Assembly (NCBI GenBank): GCA_040385265.1
Contig: JAZKHS010000005.1
Location: 7,914 to 71,913, forward strand
Reading direction: 5' to 3'
Length of the DNA stretch: 64,000 nucleotides
Source of the DNA: Pseudomonadota bacterium
GTDB lineage: Bacteria; Pseudomonadota; Gammaproteobacteria; Pseudomonadales; Moraxellaceae
The notes under the pieces are model-generated. The model was not told where the DNA came from. It ran no database searches and was given only the letters and a program-made list of their open reading frames with translations. Below are positions 10,784 to 19,471 of the stretch, in pieces. Positions within the stretch are counted from its first letter, which is position 1. Every line of letters begins with the position of its first letter. Made by a program: the position numbers and the translations under genes.

Positions 10784-11356
10784 ATGAGCCAGCCGGACAC
10801 GGACAAGATCGACAGCACCGCGGACAAGAACCGCCGTCTCCTGCTTAAGCTGGGAACGGTGGTGGTCGCGATGTTCGTCTTTGCCGTCTTTCTCATGCCG
10901 CCCATTTACGATGCGTTTTGCGAGCTGACCGGTCTCAACGGCAAGGGCTCCGGCAAGGCGGCCGCCGCTTCCACGCGGGTGGATGCCAGCCGGATGGTCA
11001 CCCTGGAGTTCCTGGTCGATACCGACAAGGGCCTGCCCTGGGATTTCCGGCAGGAAGCCGCCGCGGTCAGGGTCTATCCTGGCCAGGTCACGAAGACGAT
11101 GTTCTTTGTGAAGAACCGGGACGGCCAGGCGATCACGGGGCGTGCCATACCCTCGATCTCGCCCGGCGAGGCGGCCAAGTACGTGAAGAAGACCGAGTGC
11201 TTCTGTTTTCGCGAGCAGCGTCTGGCGGGGGGTGAGGGCAAGGCCATGCCGATGATTTTCTACATCGACCCGGCTATGCCCAAGCACATCACCACCGTGA
11301 CGCTCTCCTACAAGTTCTACAACTTGACGGATCAGGTACAGACGGCCAGCCGTTGA
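10784..11356 (+). CDS. ctaG: Cytochrome c oxidase assembly protein Cox11/CtaG
   Basis: The ORF track gives 10655..11356. The start is taken at MSQPDTDKID (ATG 10784). It has one TM helix and the copper-binding motif CFCF (KKTECFCFREQRL). Confidence 0.9.
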   Translation: MSQPDTDKIDSTADKNRRLLLKLGTVVVAMFVFAVFLMPPIYDAFCELTGLNGKGSGKAAAASTRVDASRMVTLEFLVDTDKGLPWDFRQEAAAVRVYPGQVTKTMFFVKNRDGQAITGRAIPSISPGEAAKYVKKTECFCFREQRLAGGEGKAMPMIFYIDPAMPKHITTVTLSYKFYNLTDQVQTASR

Positions 11357-11401
11357 GCCGGCGTCCTGATAATTACAAACCCTTCCAAGGGGAGAAACGC
11401 A

Positions 11402-12331
11402 ATGTCTGAACACCACAGCCCTGCGGTAGCCGGCCAGAAACCCACGAGCTACTACGTCCCGGCGTCCAGCCCCTGGCCCATGCTGGGATCCTTCATCCTG
11501 TTCATCCTGGTGGTGGGCGCCGCCAATGTCGTCCAGTCCCATGGCGTCACCGAGCTCACCAAGAGCACCGGCAACCAGGGCACCCTGAACTTCCTGCTGC
11601 CCGTCGGCCTCTTCGGGGTGTTCTTCCTGATGTGGAAGTGGTTCGGCGATACCGTCAAGGAATCGCTGGCCAACATGAACTCCGCGCAGATGGACCGCTC
11701 CTACCGCCAGGGCATGACCTGGTTCATCTTCTCCGAAGTGATGTTCTTCGCCGCCTTCTTCGGCGCGCTGTTCTATGCGCGCTGGCTGGTGGTGCCCTGG
11801 CTGGGCGGTGATGGCGATCGCGGCCGCATGACCCACGAGGTGCTGTGGCCGGGCTTCCAGGCCATGTGGCCGCTGGTGAAGACGCCGGCTGGCGTCACCA
11901 CCGAGGCCATGAGCCCCTGGGGCCTGCCCTTCATCAACACCGTCATCCTGCTGATCTCCTCGGTCACCCTGACCGTTGCCCACCATGCCCTGCTGGCGGG
12001 TGACCGCATCAAGCAGCGCAACTTCCTGGCGGTGACGGTGGTGCTCGGCCTGATCTTCCTGGGCCTGCAGGTGGAGGAGTACGTCCACGCCTACACCGAG
12101 ATGGGCCTGACCCTGAAGTCCGGCATCTACGGTTCCACCTTCTTCATGCTCACCGGCTTCCACGGCCTGCACGTGACCATCGGCACCATCATGCTGATCG
12201 TCATGCTGGTGCGCACGGTGAAGGGGCACCTCACCCCGGACAATCACTTCGCCTTCGAAGCGGCCGCCTGGTACTGGCACTTCGTGGACGTGGTGTGGCT
12301 GTTCCTGTTCATCAGCGTCTACTGGTTCTGA
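11402..12331 (+). CDS. coxC: Cytochrome c oxidase subunit III
   Basis: 309 aa with a 7-TM pattern. The C-terminal segment FEAAAWYWHFVDVVWLFLF is typical of subunit III. Confidence 0.96.
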   Translation: MSEHHSPAVAGQKPTSYYVPASSPWPMLGSFILFILVVGAANVVQSHGVTELTKSTGNQGTLNFLLPVGLFGVFFLMWKWFGDTVKESLANMNSAQMDRSYRQGMTWFIFSEVMFFAAFFGALFYARWLVVPWLGGDGDRGRMTHEVLWPGFQAMWPLVKTPAGVTTEAMSPWGLPFINTVILLISSVTLTVAHHALLAGDRIKQRNFLAVTVVLGLIFLGLQVEEYVHAYTEMGLTLKSGIYGSTFFMLTGFHGLHVTIGTIMLIVMLVRTVKGHLTPDNHFAFEAAAWYWHFVDVVWLFLFISVYWF

Positions 12332-12344
12332 CCGGTCACCCAGG

Positions 12345-12372
12345 AAAAAGCCCGGCGCTGGCCGGGCTTTTT
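12345..12372. terminator. Bidirectional rho-independent terminator between coxC (+) and the DUF2909 gene (-)
   Basis: AAAAAGCCCGGC-GCTG-GCCGGGCTTTTT. This is a perfect GC-rich stem flanked by an A-run and a T-run, so it can terminate transcription on both strands. Confidence 0.75.
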
Positions 12373-12395
12373 CATAGGCGCGTCGTGGAGGGAAT

Positions 12396-12644
12396 TCAGC
12401 GCGGCGCGCTGGCCCCCGGCGCGGTGCCGGTGGTATCCGGCAGGCCATGCGGGGACACCCAGCCCATGACGGCGGCCAGGTACAGCAGCAGGAACAGCGC
12501 GATCGACAGGCCGAGCCGCCAGGTCAGCGCACGCAGTGTCTTGCGCGCATCGCCCTGGCCTCCCCGGCTGAGGTGGAAGAGCGCGACGAACAGGTTGACG
12601 AGTACCGCTGCCATGGCAACGAGTACGATGATCTTGATCCACAT
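12396..12644 (-). CDS. Twin-transmembrane small protein (DUF2909 family)
   Basis: 82 aa with two hydrophobic helices (IIVLVAMAAVLVNLFVALF and LGLSIALFLLLYLAAVMGW). A small ORF of this kind is typically found between coxC and SURF1 in proteobacterial cox loci. Confidence 0.7.
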   Translation of the reverse strand: MWIKIIVLVAMAAVLVNLFVALFHLSRGGQGDARKTLRALTWRLGLSIALFLLLYLAAVMGWVSPHGLPDTTGTAPGASAPR

Positions 12645-12680
12645 GGCGAGTGTCCGTTGATACGAGTCGGCAGAGTGTAA

Positions 12681-13448
12681 TTGATGCAGGACCTGCGCTC
12701 GACCCGCTTACGCCTTCCGCTGCCCGGCGGGCGCTACTGGTCCGCCCCGCTGTGGGCGGTCGTACTGGCGCTCTCCGTGGCGGCCGTCTTTGCCCGCCTG
12801 GGCGTCTGGCAGCTGGATCGTGCCTCCGAAAAGGCGGAGATGACGGCGCGCTACGAGGCCCGGCAGCAGTTGGCGCCGCTCCCCCTGGCGGAGGTGCTGG
12901 CCCGCGGCACCGATGTCGAGGACTATCCGGTGCGGCTGGAAGGGCGCTTCGACAATACCCGTACGCTTTATCTGGAGAACCAGCCGCGCGGGGCGCGCGC
13001 CGGTTTTCATGTCTATACCCCCTTTTTTCCTGCCGGCGAGGCCCGGGCCATCCTGGTCAACCGGGGCTGGATCCCGGTCGATGCCGACATGCAGCGCCTG
13101 CCGCCGGTGCCGGCGGCCACCGCCACTGTCGTCACCGGCACGCTGGCGCTGCCGTCGCCCTATTTCATCGTGGGCGAGCCGGACTACCGCCAGCGTCCGC
13201 TGCGCGTCGGGCGCATCGAGCAAGACAAGCTGGCAGCGGCGCTTGGTGTAGAATTGCGGCCCTTCCTGCTGCGGCTGGATACTGCCGCGCCGGATGGCTT
13301 CGTGCGCGAGTGGTCGCCCTCGGCGCGGCTGGGCATGCCGCCGGCCAAGCACCATGGCTATGCCTTCCAGTGGTTCAGCCTGGCCGCGGCGGTCCTCGTC
13401 GTGCTGCTGCTGGTGAACCTGCACCGAAATCACAAGAGCGAACCATGA
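12681..13448 (+). CDS. SURF1-family cytochrome oxidase biogenesis protein
   Basis: 255 aa. It has an N-terminal TM helix followed by GVWQLDRASEK, plus the motifs PRGARAGFHVYTPF, VNRGWIP and HHGYAFQWFSLAAA, and a C-terminal TM helix. These are classical SURF1/Shy1 features. Confidence 0.92.
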   Translation: MMQDLRSTRLRLPLPGGRYWSAPLWAVVLALSVAAVFARLGVWQLDRASEKAEMTARYEARQQLAPLPLAEVLARGTDVEDYPVRLEGRFDNTRTLYLENQPRGARAGFHVYTPFFPAGEARAILVNRGWIPVDADMQRLPPVPAATATVVTGTLALPSPYFIVGEPDYRQRPLRVGRIEQDKLAAALGVELRPFLLRLDTAAPDGFVREWSPSARLGMPPAKHHGYAFQWFSLAAAVLVVLLLVNLHRNHKSEP

Positions 13449-14086
13449 GCGAGCCCGTGACATCCCCTGCCTCCCCCGAGCGCGCGCGCAAGAACCGCCT
13501 GCTTCTGCTGATCCTCGCCCTGAGCTTCGTGGTGCCCTTTATCGTGGGGGACCTGGCCTACCGCTTCCATTGGTACGAAGGTGCGCAGGTCAACAAGGGG
13601 CGCCTGATCGATCCGCCCGCGGAGTTCGCCACGCTGGCCACGCGCGATGCCACGGGCCAGGCCCTGGGCGCGGCCTTTGCCGGCAAGCACTGGTGGCTGC
13701 TCTACGTGCTGCCCGCCGATTGCGAGGCGGCCTGCCGCAACCGCCTGTTCCAGATGCGCCAGGTGCGCAAGGCGCTGGGCAAGGAGTCCGACCGCCTGCG
13801 CCAGGCCATCGTCATCACCGGCAAGCCGTCGCCGGCGACCGAGGCCCTGCTGCAGAAGGAGTTTCCCGATTTCGTGCGCATAAGCGGCGAACCCGCGCGC
13901 ATCGATGCGGCGCTGGCCGCCGTGACGCCTGCCGCCAGCGCCGCGGGCGAGTTGTACATCATGGATCCCATGGGCTGGATCATGCTTTCCTACGGCCCCG
14001 AGGCGAACGAGAAAGTCTCCGTCGAGAAGGCGGAAGACGTGCTGACCGACCTGAGAAAACTGTTGAAGGCGTCCCGAATTGGCTAA
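13445..14086 (+). CDS. Membrane-anchored thioredoxin-fold protein, Sco1/SenC-like with CxxxC (cox-cluster associated)
   Basis: Internal start MSEPVTSPA (ATG 13445) within ORF 12650..14086, overlapping the SURF1 stop as ATGA. It has one TM helix. GKHWWLLYVLPADCEAACRNRLFQMRQVRKALG mimics the Sco motif GKxxLvyFGfTxCPDvCP. Confidence 0.7.
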   Translation: MSEPVTSPASPERARKNRLLLLILALSFVVPFIVGDLAYRFHWYEGAQVNKGRLIDPPAEFATLATRDATGQALGAAFAGKHWWLLYVLPADCEAACRNRLFQMRQVRKALGKESDRLRQAIVITGKPSPATEALLQKEFPDFVRISGEPARIDAALAAVTPAASAAGELYIMDPMGWIMLSYGPEANEKVSVEKAEDVLTDLRKLLKASRIG

Positions 14087-15116
14087 TCACTATACTTTTG
14101 CGCGTCTGTGGCTGACGCGCCTTGCCGTCATCAGCGTGCTGGTGACGGCCACTGTCGTGGCCCTGGGGGCCTGGACCCGTCTGGCTGATGCCGGCCTCGG
14201 CTGCCCGGACTGGCCGACCTGCTACGGCTCCCTCACGGTGCCGCTCTCCGAGCAGGCGATTGCGCGTGCCGCCGAGCTGTATCCCGACCAGCCCCTGGTT
14301 GCGGCCAAGGCCTGGCCGGAGATGATCCACCGCCACTTCGCCAAGGGCATCGGCCTGCTTTGCATTTTCATGGCCGGCTTTGCCCTGCTGGGCCGCCGCC
14401 GCGGCGAGCGCGACGTGCCGGTGAGGCATGCGCTGTTCCTGTTGGCGCTGGTCTGCCTGCAGGGCGCCTTTGGCGCCTGGACCGTGACGCTGAAGCTGTT
14501 CCCGCCGGTGGTCACTGGCCACCTGCTCTTCGGCTTTGCCACCTTTACCACGCTGTTCCTGCTCGCGCTGCGCCTGTCGCCCTTCCTGCGCGCCTCCGGC
14601 CTGGCGCGTCCGGGCGGCCTGCTGGCGCTGGCGGGTCTGGCCTTGCTGGCGCTGGTGGCGCAGATCGCCCTGGGCGGCTGGACCGCGTCCAATTACGCCG
14701 CGACGATGTGCACCGGGCTCCCGGTCTGCCAGGACGGCTGGCAGCCGCTGCTGGCCTGGCAGGAGGCCTTCAGCATCCATACCTACGCCGGCACCACCTA
14801 CGAGTTCGCGCCCCACCTCGGGCCCGAGGCCAAGCTCACCATCCATGTCGCCCACCGCCTGGGCGCCTTCGTCGCCAGTGGCGCGCTGCTCGTGCTCGCG
14901 CTGGCGCTGTGGTGGCGTGGCGGGGCTGGACGCTATCGCCGCTTTGCGACCGTCGTCACCGGGCTGCTGGCGGTGCAACTGGCCCTGGGGGTATCCAATG
15001 TGGTCTTCCACCTGCCGCTGGCAGTGGCGGTGGCCCATAATTTCGTCGCCCTGGTCCTGCTGCAGGTCCTGGCGGCCCTGATCTACAGTCTTCTGCAGGA
15101 GCGCAAGCGCGCATGA
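14079..15116 (+). CDS. ctaA: Heme A synthase (Cox15/CtaA)
   Basis: 345 aa and polytopic, with [12 protein letters not shown] near the N-terminus and conserved His residues in the TM helices. It overlaps cyoE as ATGA. Confidence 0.93.
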   Translation: MANHYTFARLWLTRLAVISVLVTATVVALGAWTRLADAGLGCPDWPTCYGSLTVPLSEQAIARAAELYPDQPLVAAKAWPEMIHRHFAKGIGLLCIFMAGFALLGRRRGERDVPVRHALFLLALVCLQGAFGAWTVTLKLFPPVVTGHLLFGFATFTTLFLLALRLSPFLRASGLARPGGLLALAGLALLALVAQIALGGWTASNYAATMCTGLPVCQDGWQPLLAWQEAFSIHTYAGTTYEFAPHLGPEAKLTIHVAHRLGAFVASGALLVLALALWWRGGAGRYRRFATVVTGLLAVQLALGVSNVVFHLPLAVAVAHNFVALVLLQVLAALIYSLLQERKRA

Positions 15117-16012
15117 CGACCCTGGCTGAAAAAGATGAAGCGCCGCTCTGGCGCGCCTACTGGGAGCTGACCAAGCCGCGCGTGGTCGCCCTGCTCATGG
15201 TGACGGCGGTAATCGGCATGTTCCTTGCGACCCCCGGCCTGCCGCCCCTGCGCGTGTTGCTGCTGGGCTCGCTCGGCCTGGCCCTGGCCATGATGTCCTC
15301 CGCGGTGATCAACCAGGTCATGGACCAGCGCATCGACGCCATCATGGCGCGCACCCGCCAGCGCCCGCTGGTGCAAGGCCGGGTCGATACCCGCGCGGCG
15401 CTGCTCTTTGCCTTCGTGCTGTGCCTGTTGTCGCTCGCCATCCTTACCGTCTACATCAATCCGCTGACGGCCGTGCTGACCTTCTTCGGCGTGATCGGCT
15501 ACGCCGGCATCTACACCCTCTGGCTGAAGCGGGCGACGCCGCAGAACATCGTCATCGGCGGCATCGCCGGCGCCATCCCGCCCCTGCTGGGCTGGACGGC
15601 GGTCACCAACCAGGTGCATCCGCACGCGCTGCTGCTGGTGCTCATCATCTTCGCGTGGACGCCGCCGCATTTCTGGGCGCTGGCCATCCATCGCCGCGAC
15701 GAGTACGCCAAGGCCGACATTCCCATGCTGCCGGTCACCCACGGCCTGGAGTTCACCAAGACCTCCGTGCTGCTCTACACCATCATCCTGCTGCTGACGG
15801 CCTTGCTGCCCTACCTGACCGGCATGAGCGGCCTGATCTACCTTGCCGGCTCCACGCTGCTGGGCCTGGTTTTCCTGGGTTATGCCATCAAGCTCAAGTT
15901 CCGCCAGGACCCGAAGACGCCGATGCAGACCTTCGGTTACTCCATCACCTACCTGTTCCTGCTCTTCCTGTTCCTCCTGGTGGATCACTACCTGCCGCTC
16001 CGCCTCGCCTGA
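15113..16012 (+). CDS. cyoE: Protoheme IX farnesyltransferase (heme O synthase)
   Basis: 299 aa UbiA-family prenyltransferase, with the motifs [20 protein letters not shown] and [13 protein letters not shown]. Confidence 0.96.
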   Translation: MTTLAEKDEAPLWRAYWELTKPRVVALLMVTAVIGMFLATPGLPPLRVLLLGSLGLALAMMSSAVINQVMDQRIDAIMARTRQRPLVQGRVDTRAALLFAFVLCLLSLAILTVYINPLTAVLTFFGVIGYAGIYTLWLKRATPQNIVIGGIAGAIPPLLGWTAVTNQVHPHALLLVLIIFAWTPPHFWALAIHRRDEYAKADIPMLPVTHGLEFTKTSVLLYTIILLLTALLPYLTGMSGLIYLAGSTLLGLVFLGYAIKLKFRQDPKTPMQTFGYSITYLFLLFLFLLVDHYLPLRLA

Positions 16013-16153
16013 ACAGGGGGGGCGCAGGCCTCCTGCTGTGACCCCGTTGTCACTTTTGCTGCCCACTGGCTGGTGCAGGCGGGGTTGCACTGTTATTTTT
16101 CGTCTGGCGCCTGTAGCACCTTCGTGGTACGGGCGGACAGGGAGATCAGGTGA

Positions 16154-16741
16154 ATGATGGGTTTGGTGCTGTTCCTGGGCGTACTCGCCCTTGTCGCCTT
16201 CTTTTTCGTCGGGGTATTCAACGGTCTTGTGACCCGGCGCAACCGCTTCAAGAACGCCTTTGCGCAGATCGACGTGCAACTGCAGCGCCGCTATGAGCTG
16301 ATCCCCAACCTGGTCGAAACCGCCAAGGCCTACCTTTCGCACGAGAAGGAAACCCTGACCAACGTGATAGCGGCCCGCAACCAGGCGGCCTCCGCCGCCC
16401 GTGCGGTGGCCGGCGCGCCGGAGAGCGCCGCGCTCATGGAGAAGCTGGGCCAGGCCGAGGGCGTGCTGGGCGGCGCCCTGTCCCGCCTCATGGTGGTGTC
16501 GGAAGCCTATCCCGAGCTCAAGGCCAACGAGACCATGCAGCAGCTCATGGAGGAGATGAGCTCCACGGAAAACCGGGTGGGCTTCGCGCGCCAGGCCTTC
16601 AACGACGCCGTCATGGAATACAACATCCAGCGCGAGAAGTTTCCCAATTTCTTCATTGCCGGCGCCTTCGGCTTCCAGCAGGCGGCGCAGCTGGAAATTC
16701 CCGATGTCGAGGCGCGCAAGCCGGTCCGGGTGGCCTTCTGA
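16154..16741 (+). CDS. lemA: LemA family protein
   Basis: 195 aa. An N-terminal TM helix is followed by FNGLVTRRNRFKNAFAQIDVQLQRRYELIPNLVETAK, the LemA signature. Confidence 0.9.
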   Translation: MMGLVLFLGVLALVAFFFVGVFNGLVTRRNRFKNAFAQIDVQLQRRYELIPNLVETAKAYLSHEKETLTNVIAARNQAASAARAVAGAPESAALMEKLGQAEGVLGGALSRLMVVSEAYPELKANETMQQLMEEMSSTENRVGFARQAFNDAVMEYNIQREKFPNFFIAGAFGFQQAAQLEIPDVEARKPVRVAF

Positions 16742-16761
16742 GCTGCTGACGCGTTCCGCGC

Positions 16762-18780
16762 ATGGACTTCTTTGAACACCAGGCAAACGCCCGGCGCCAG
16801 ACCGGGCGTTTGCTTGTCTATTTCCTGGCGGCGGTGGGCTTCACGATATTCGCCGTCAACGCCTGCCTCTTTGCGCTCGGGCGCTGGATGGACATTCCGA
16901 TGCAGGGCGGGCCGCTCTGGCATACCTGGACGCCGCAGGCAGTACTCGGCACCGTCCTGATCATCGCTTCCGGCAGCCTGCGCGAGTACCTCCTGCTGCG
17001 GGGCGGCGGCCCCGCCCTCGCGGCGTCCATGGGCGCGCGCCGCCTCGACTTTGCCACCCGCGACCCGGCCGAGCGCCAGTTCCTGAATGTGGTGGCGGAA
17101 ATGGCGATTGCCTCCGGCGTGCCCGCGCCCGCCCTCTATGTGCTGGACAACGAGTCGGGCATCAATGCGTTCGTCGCCGGCCTCAGCCTGGACCAGACCG
17201 TCATGGTCGTCACGGGCGGGGCCTTGGGCCAGTTCAACCGGGATGAGCTGCAGGCGGTGGTCGGCCACGAGTTCAGCCATATCCTGAATGGCGACATGCG
17301 CCTGAACGTGCGCTTGCTGGCGCTGCTGGCGGGCATCCTCGCCATTGGCCAGGTCGGCGGCTTCCTCATCCGGATAAGCTTCGACACCCGGCGCCGCCGC
17401 TCGCGTCGCGGCGACAGCGACCGCAAGGGCGGAGCGCCGCAACTGGCGGTACTCGGCGTGGCGCTGTGGCTGGTCGGCTATATCGGCCTGTTCTTCGGGC
17501 GCCTGATCAAGGCGGCCATCTCGCGCCAGCGCGAGTTCCTGGCGGATGCCTCCAGTGTCCAGTTCACGCGTAATCCGGACGGGCTGGCCTCGGCCCTGCT
17601 GAAGATCCGTGACCAGCATTCCTGGCTCTCCGGCCTTTATGCCGAGACCATGAGTCATATGTGCATTGCGGAGTCCCTGGATTTTTCCAGCTGGCTGGCG
17701 ACGCATCCGCCGCTGGACCAGCGCGTCGCGGCCTTGGGCAGGCACTACCTGGCGCGTGACCGGGTAAGGCAGCGCGAGCAGCGCCGGCAGGTCGAGACGG
17801 CGGCCGAGGTGGCGGCGGTGCAGGGCCTGTCGCCGGTACTGACGCCGTTCTCGCCGGCGGAGGAGCCGCTCGAGGCGCCGGCGCTGCGCGAGCTGGAGCC
17901 GCTGGCCTGGAGCGGGACGCCACCGGCCGTCCCCGAAGTGGCCGTACCCGCCCTGGCGGCCGCCGTGGCGCTGGCGCCAGCCGCCGTTGCGGGGCCCGCG
18001 GCCCTGGTGGCGCGTACCGGGACGGTGAATCCGGCCGAGCTGGTGTCGGCGCAGGCGCTGTTCCGGCGCCTCCCGGCCGGCGTGCTGCAGGCGCTGGAAT
18101 CCTGCGAAGGTGCCCAGGCCTTGCTGCTGGCGCTGGCCGCCCGGCAAAACCGGGCGGCGCCACCTGCACTGGCGGCCTTCCTGGAGACGGAGTTGCCGGC
18201 CCAGGCGGCGCGGGTGCAGGCGCTGTCCCGTAAGCTCGATGGCCTCGACCTGGCGTTCGCCTTGCCCCTGACGGAGCTGGCGCTGCCGCGCCTGCAGCTG
18301 ATGGAGCACGAGGCGGCCCGCGCCTATCTGCTGAAGTTGCAGCGGCTGGCGCAGCTGGATCACCACCTCAGCATCTTCGAGTTCGGACTGCTCATGCTGA
18401 TGCGCAAGCAACTACATATGCTGCCGCGGCCGCGTCCGGTGAAGCTCGCCCAGTGCGTGCCGGCGGCGGCCATGCTGGTGGCCACCCTGCTGCGCATCGG
18501 CGGCATGCAGGGCGAGCAGCTGGAGCGCACCTTCCAGCGCCTGCTGCGCACCGTGGCGACGCCGCCGCCAGATCTGCCGGTAGCCGAGGCGACGCGGCTG
18601 TCCCAGCTCGGGCGCTACCTTTATCTGCTGGGCGGACTCTCCCTGGCCGACAAGCGAAACCTGCTGGAGCTGGCGGCGACCGCGGTGCTCGCCGACGGCA
18701 AGGTGCAGTTGGAAGAGTACGAGCTTTTGCGCGTGGTCGCGGCCTTGCTGGACTGTCCCATGCCGGTGCTGGAGGCCTGA
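16762..18780 (+). CDS. M48-family (HtpX-like) zinc metallopeptidase with a long C-terminal TerB-like extension
   Basis: 672 aa. The HEFSH motif lies at nt 17266-17280 (HEFSHILNGD), with the downstream REFLADASSV glutamate. Four TM helices are arranged as in HtpX. The ~370-aa C-terminal tail ends in LADKRNLLELAATAVLADGKVQLEEYELLRVVAALL. Confidence 0.85.
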   Translation: MDFFEHQANARRQTGRLLVYFLAAVGFTIFAVNACLFALGRWMDIPMQGGPLWHTWTPQAVLGTVLIIASGSLREYLLLRGGGPALAASMGARRLDFATRDPAERQFLNVVAEMAIASGVPAPALYVLDNESGINAFVAGLSLDQTVMVVTGGALGQFNRDELQAVVGHEFSHILNGDMRLNVRLLALLAGILAIGQVGGFLIRISFDTRRRRSRRGDSDRKGGAPQLAVLGVALWLVGYIGLFFGRLIKAAISRQREFLADASSVQFTRNPDGLASALLKIRDQHSWLSGLYAETMSHMCIAESLDFSSWLATHPPLDQRVAALGRHYLARDRVRQREQRRQVETAAEVAAVQGLSPVLTPFSPAEEPLEAPALRELEPLAWSGTPPAVPEVAVPALAAAVALAPAAVAGPAALVARTGTVNPAELVSAQALFRRLPAGVLQALESCEGAQALLLALAARQNRAAPPALAAFLETELPAQAARVQALSRKLDGLDLAFALPLTELALPRLQLMEHEAARAYLLKLQRLAQLDHHLSIFEFGLLMLMRKQLHMLPRPRPVKLAQCVPAAAMLVATLLRIGGMQGEQLERTFQRLLRTVATPPPDLPVAEATRLSQLGRYLYLLGGLSLADKRNLLELAATAVLADGKVQLEEYELLRVVAALLDCPMPVLEA

Positions 18781-18858
18781 CGCCAGGGGCCTCTGGCGCG
18801 TTCACAGGCGCTCGGAAAAGGCGCGGAAACAGGGGCGAGGAGCCCCTCCCCGGCCTGA

Positions 18859-18887
18859 TTGCAAGGCAGTGGCATTCCGTGTCTAAT
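18859..18887 (+). promoter_or_regulatory. Candidate sigma-70 promoter of the csp gene
   Basis: TTGCAA (18859-18864), a 17-nt spacer, then TCTAAT (18882-18887). This predicts a 5' UTR of about 100 nt, which fits the long leaders of cspA-family genes. Confidence 0.45.
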
Positions 18888-18994
18888 CGGGCTGATCCGT
18901 TGTACTACTATCACGAACCGATGTGTCAAGCAGACGGTTGCCGTGGATGGAAGCGGCAGCGGCGGTCTGGGTTTTTGAGTTGAGGTTTTGCAAC

Positions 18995-19207
18995 ATGTCC
19001 AATCGTGAACAGGGCACCGTGAAGTGGTTCAACGATGCCAAAGGCTTTGGTTTTATCCAGCGTCCGGGTGGTGAAGATGTGTTTGTGCACTTCCGCGCCA
19101 TTCGTGGTGATGGCCACCGCTCGCTGAAGGACGGCCAGAAGGTCGAATTCACCGTGGTGAAGGGCCAGAAAGGCTTCCAGGCTGAAGACGTCCAGGCAGT
19201 CGAGTGA
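18995..19207 (+). CDS. Cold-shock protein (CspA family)
   Basis: Internal start in ORF 18923..19207. It reads [36 protein letters not shown] and contains the RNP1/RNP2 motifs KGFGFI and VFVHF. 70 aa. Confidence 0.95.
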   Translation: MSNREQGTVKWFNDAKGFGFIQRPGGEDVFVHFRAIRGDGHRSLKDGQKVEFTVVKGQKGFQAEDVQAVE

Positions 19208-19217
19208 TTGCCCTGGC

Positions 19218-19247
19218 AAAGCCCCGCTGACGCGGGGCTTTGTTTTT
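19218..19247 (+). terminator. Rho-independent terminator of the csp gene
   Basis: AAAGCCCCGC-TGAC-GCGGGGCTTT followed by GTTTTT, 10 nt after the stop codon. Confidence 0.8.
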
Positions 19248-19471
19248 CCGCCTCCCTGCAAGTAACGCGGTTCGTCCGCGCTTTCCGTCGGCCTTGCTCT
19301 GTCCGAACTCCGCGTCGCGCCGCCGCCGCTCCCGACCGGGGCGTTCACTTTTCAGCGCTCAACTGTCCGCCGGCCTTCTGCGCCGCCCTTCACCTGCCGG
19401 GTCGGGGGTCTTCCGCGCCCCGCGGTCTTGGTCCTTTGCGCCGGCGGCTCCTGCCGGTCGTGCCTGCCGCC

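Noticed and set aside
9121-10905. Very long antisense ORFs opposite well-supported genes. Examples: 9121..10905 (-) vs ctaD; 10724..12448 (-) vs cox11/coxC; 15083..16786 (-); 16507..18411 (-); 24911..26818 (-) vs actP; 27062..28945 (-) vs acs; 39514..41160 (-) vs murJ; 60405..62009 (-) vs nadE; 3198..4763 (+) vs accC.
   Set aside because: These are typical mirror ORFs of high-GC DNA. Their translations are Arg/Gly/His/Pro/Ala-rich low-complexity strings with no recognisable motifs, whereas the opposite strand in each case encodes a textbook conserved protein.
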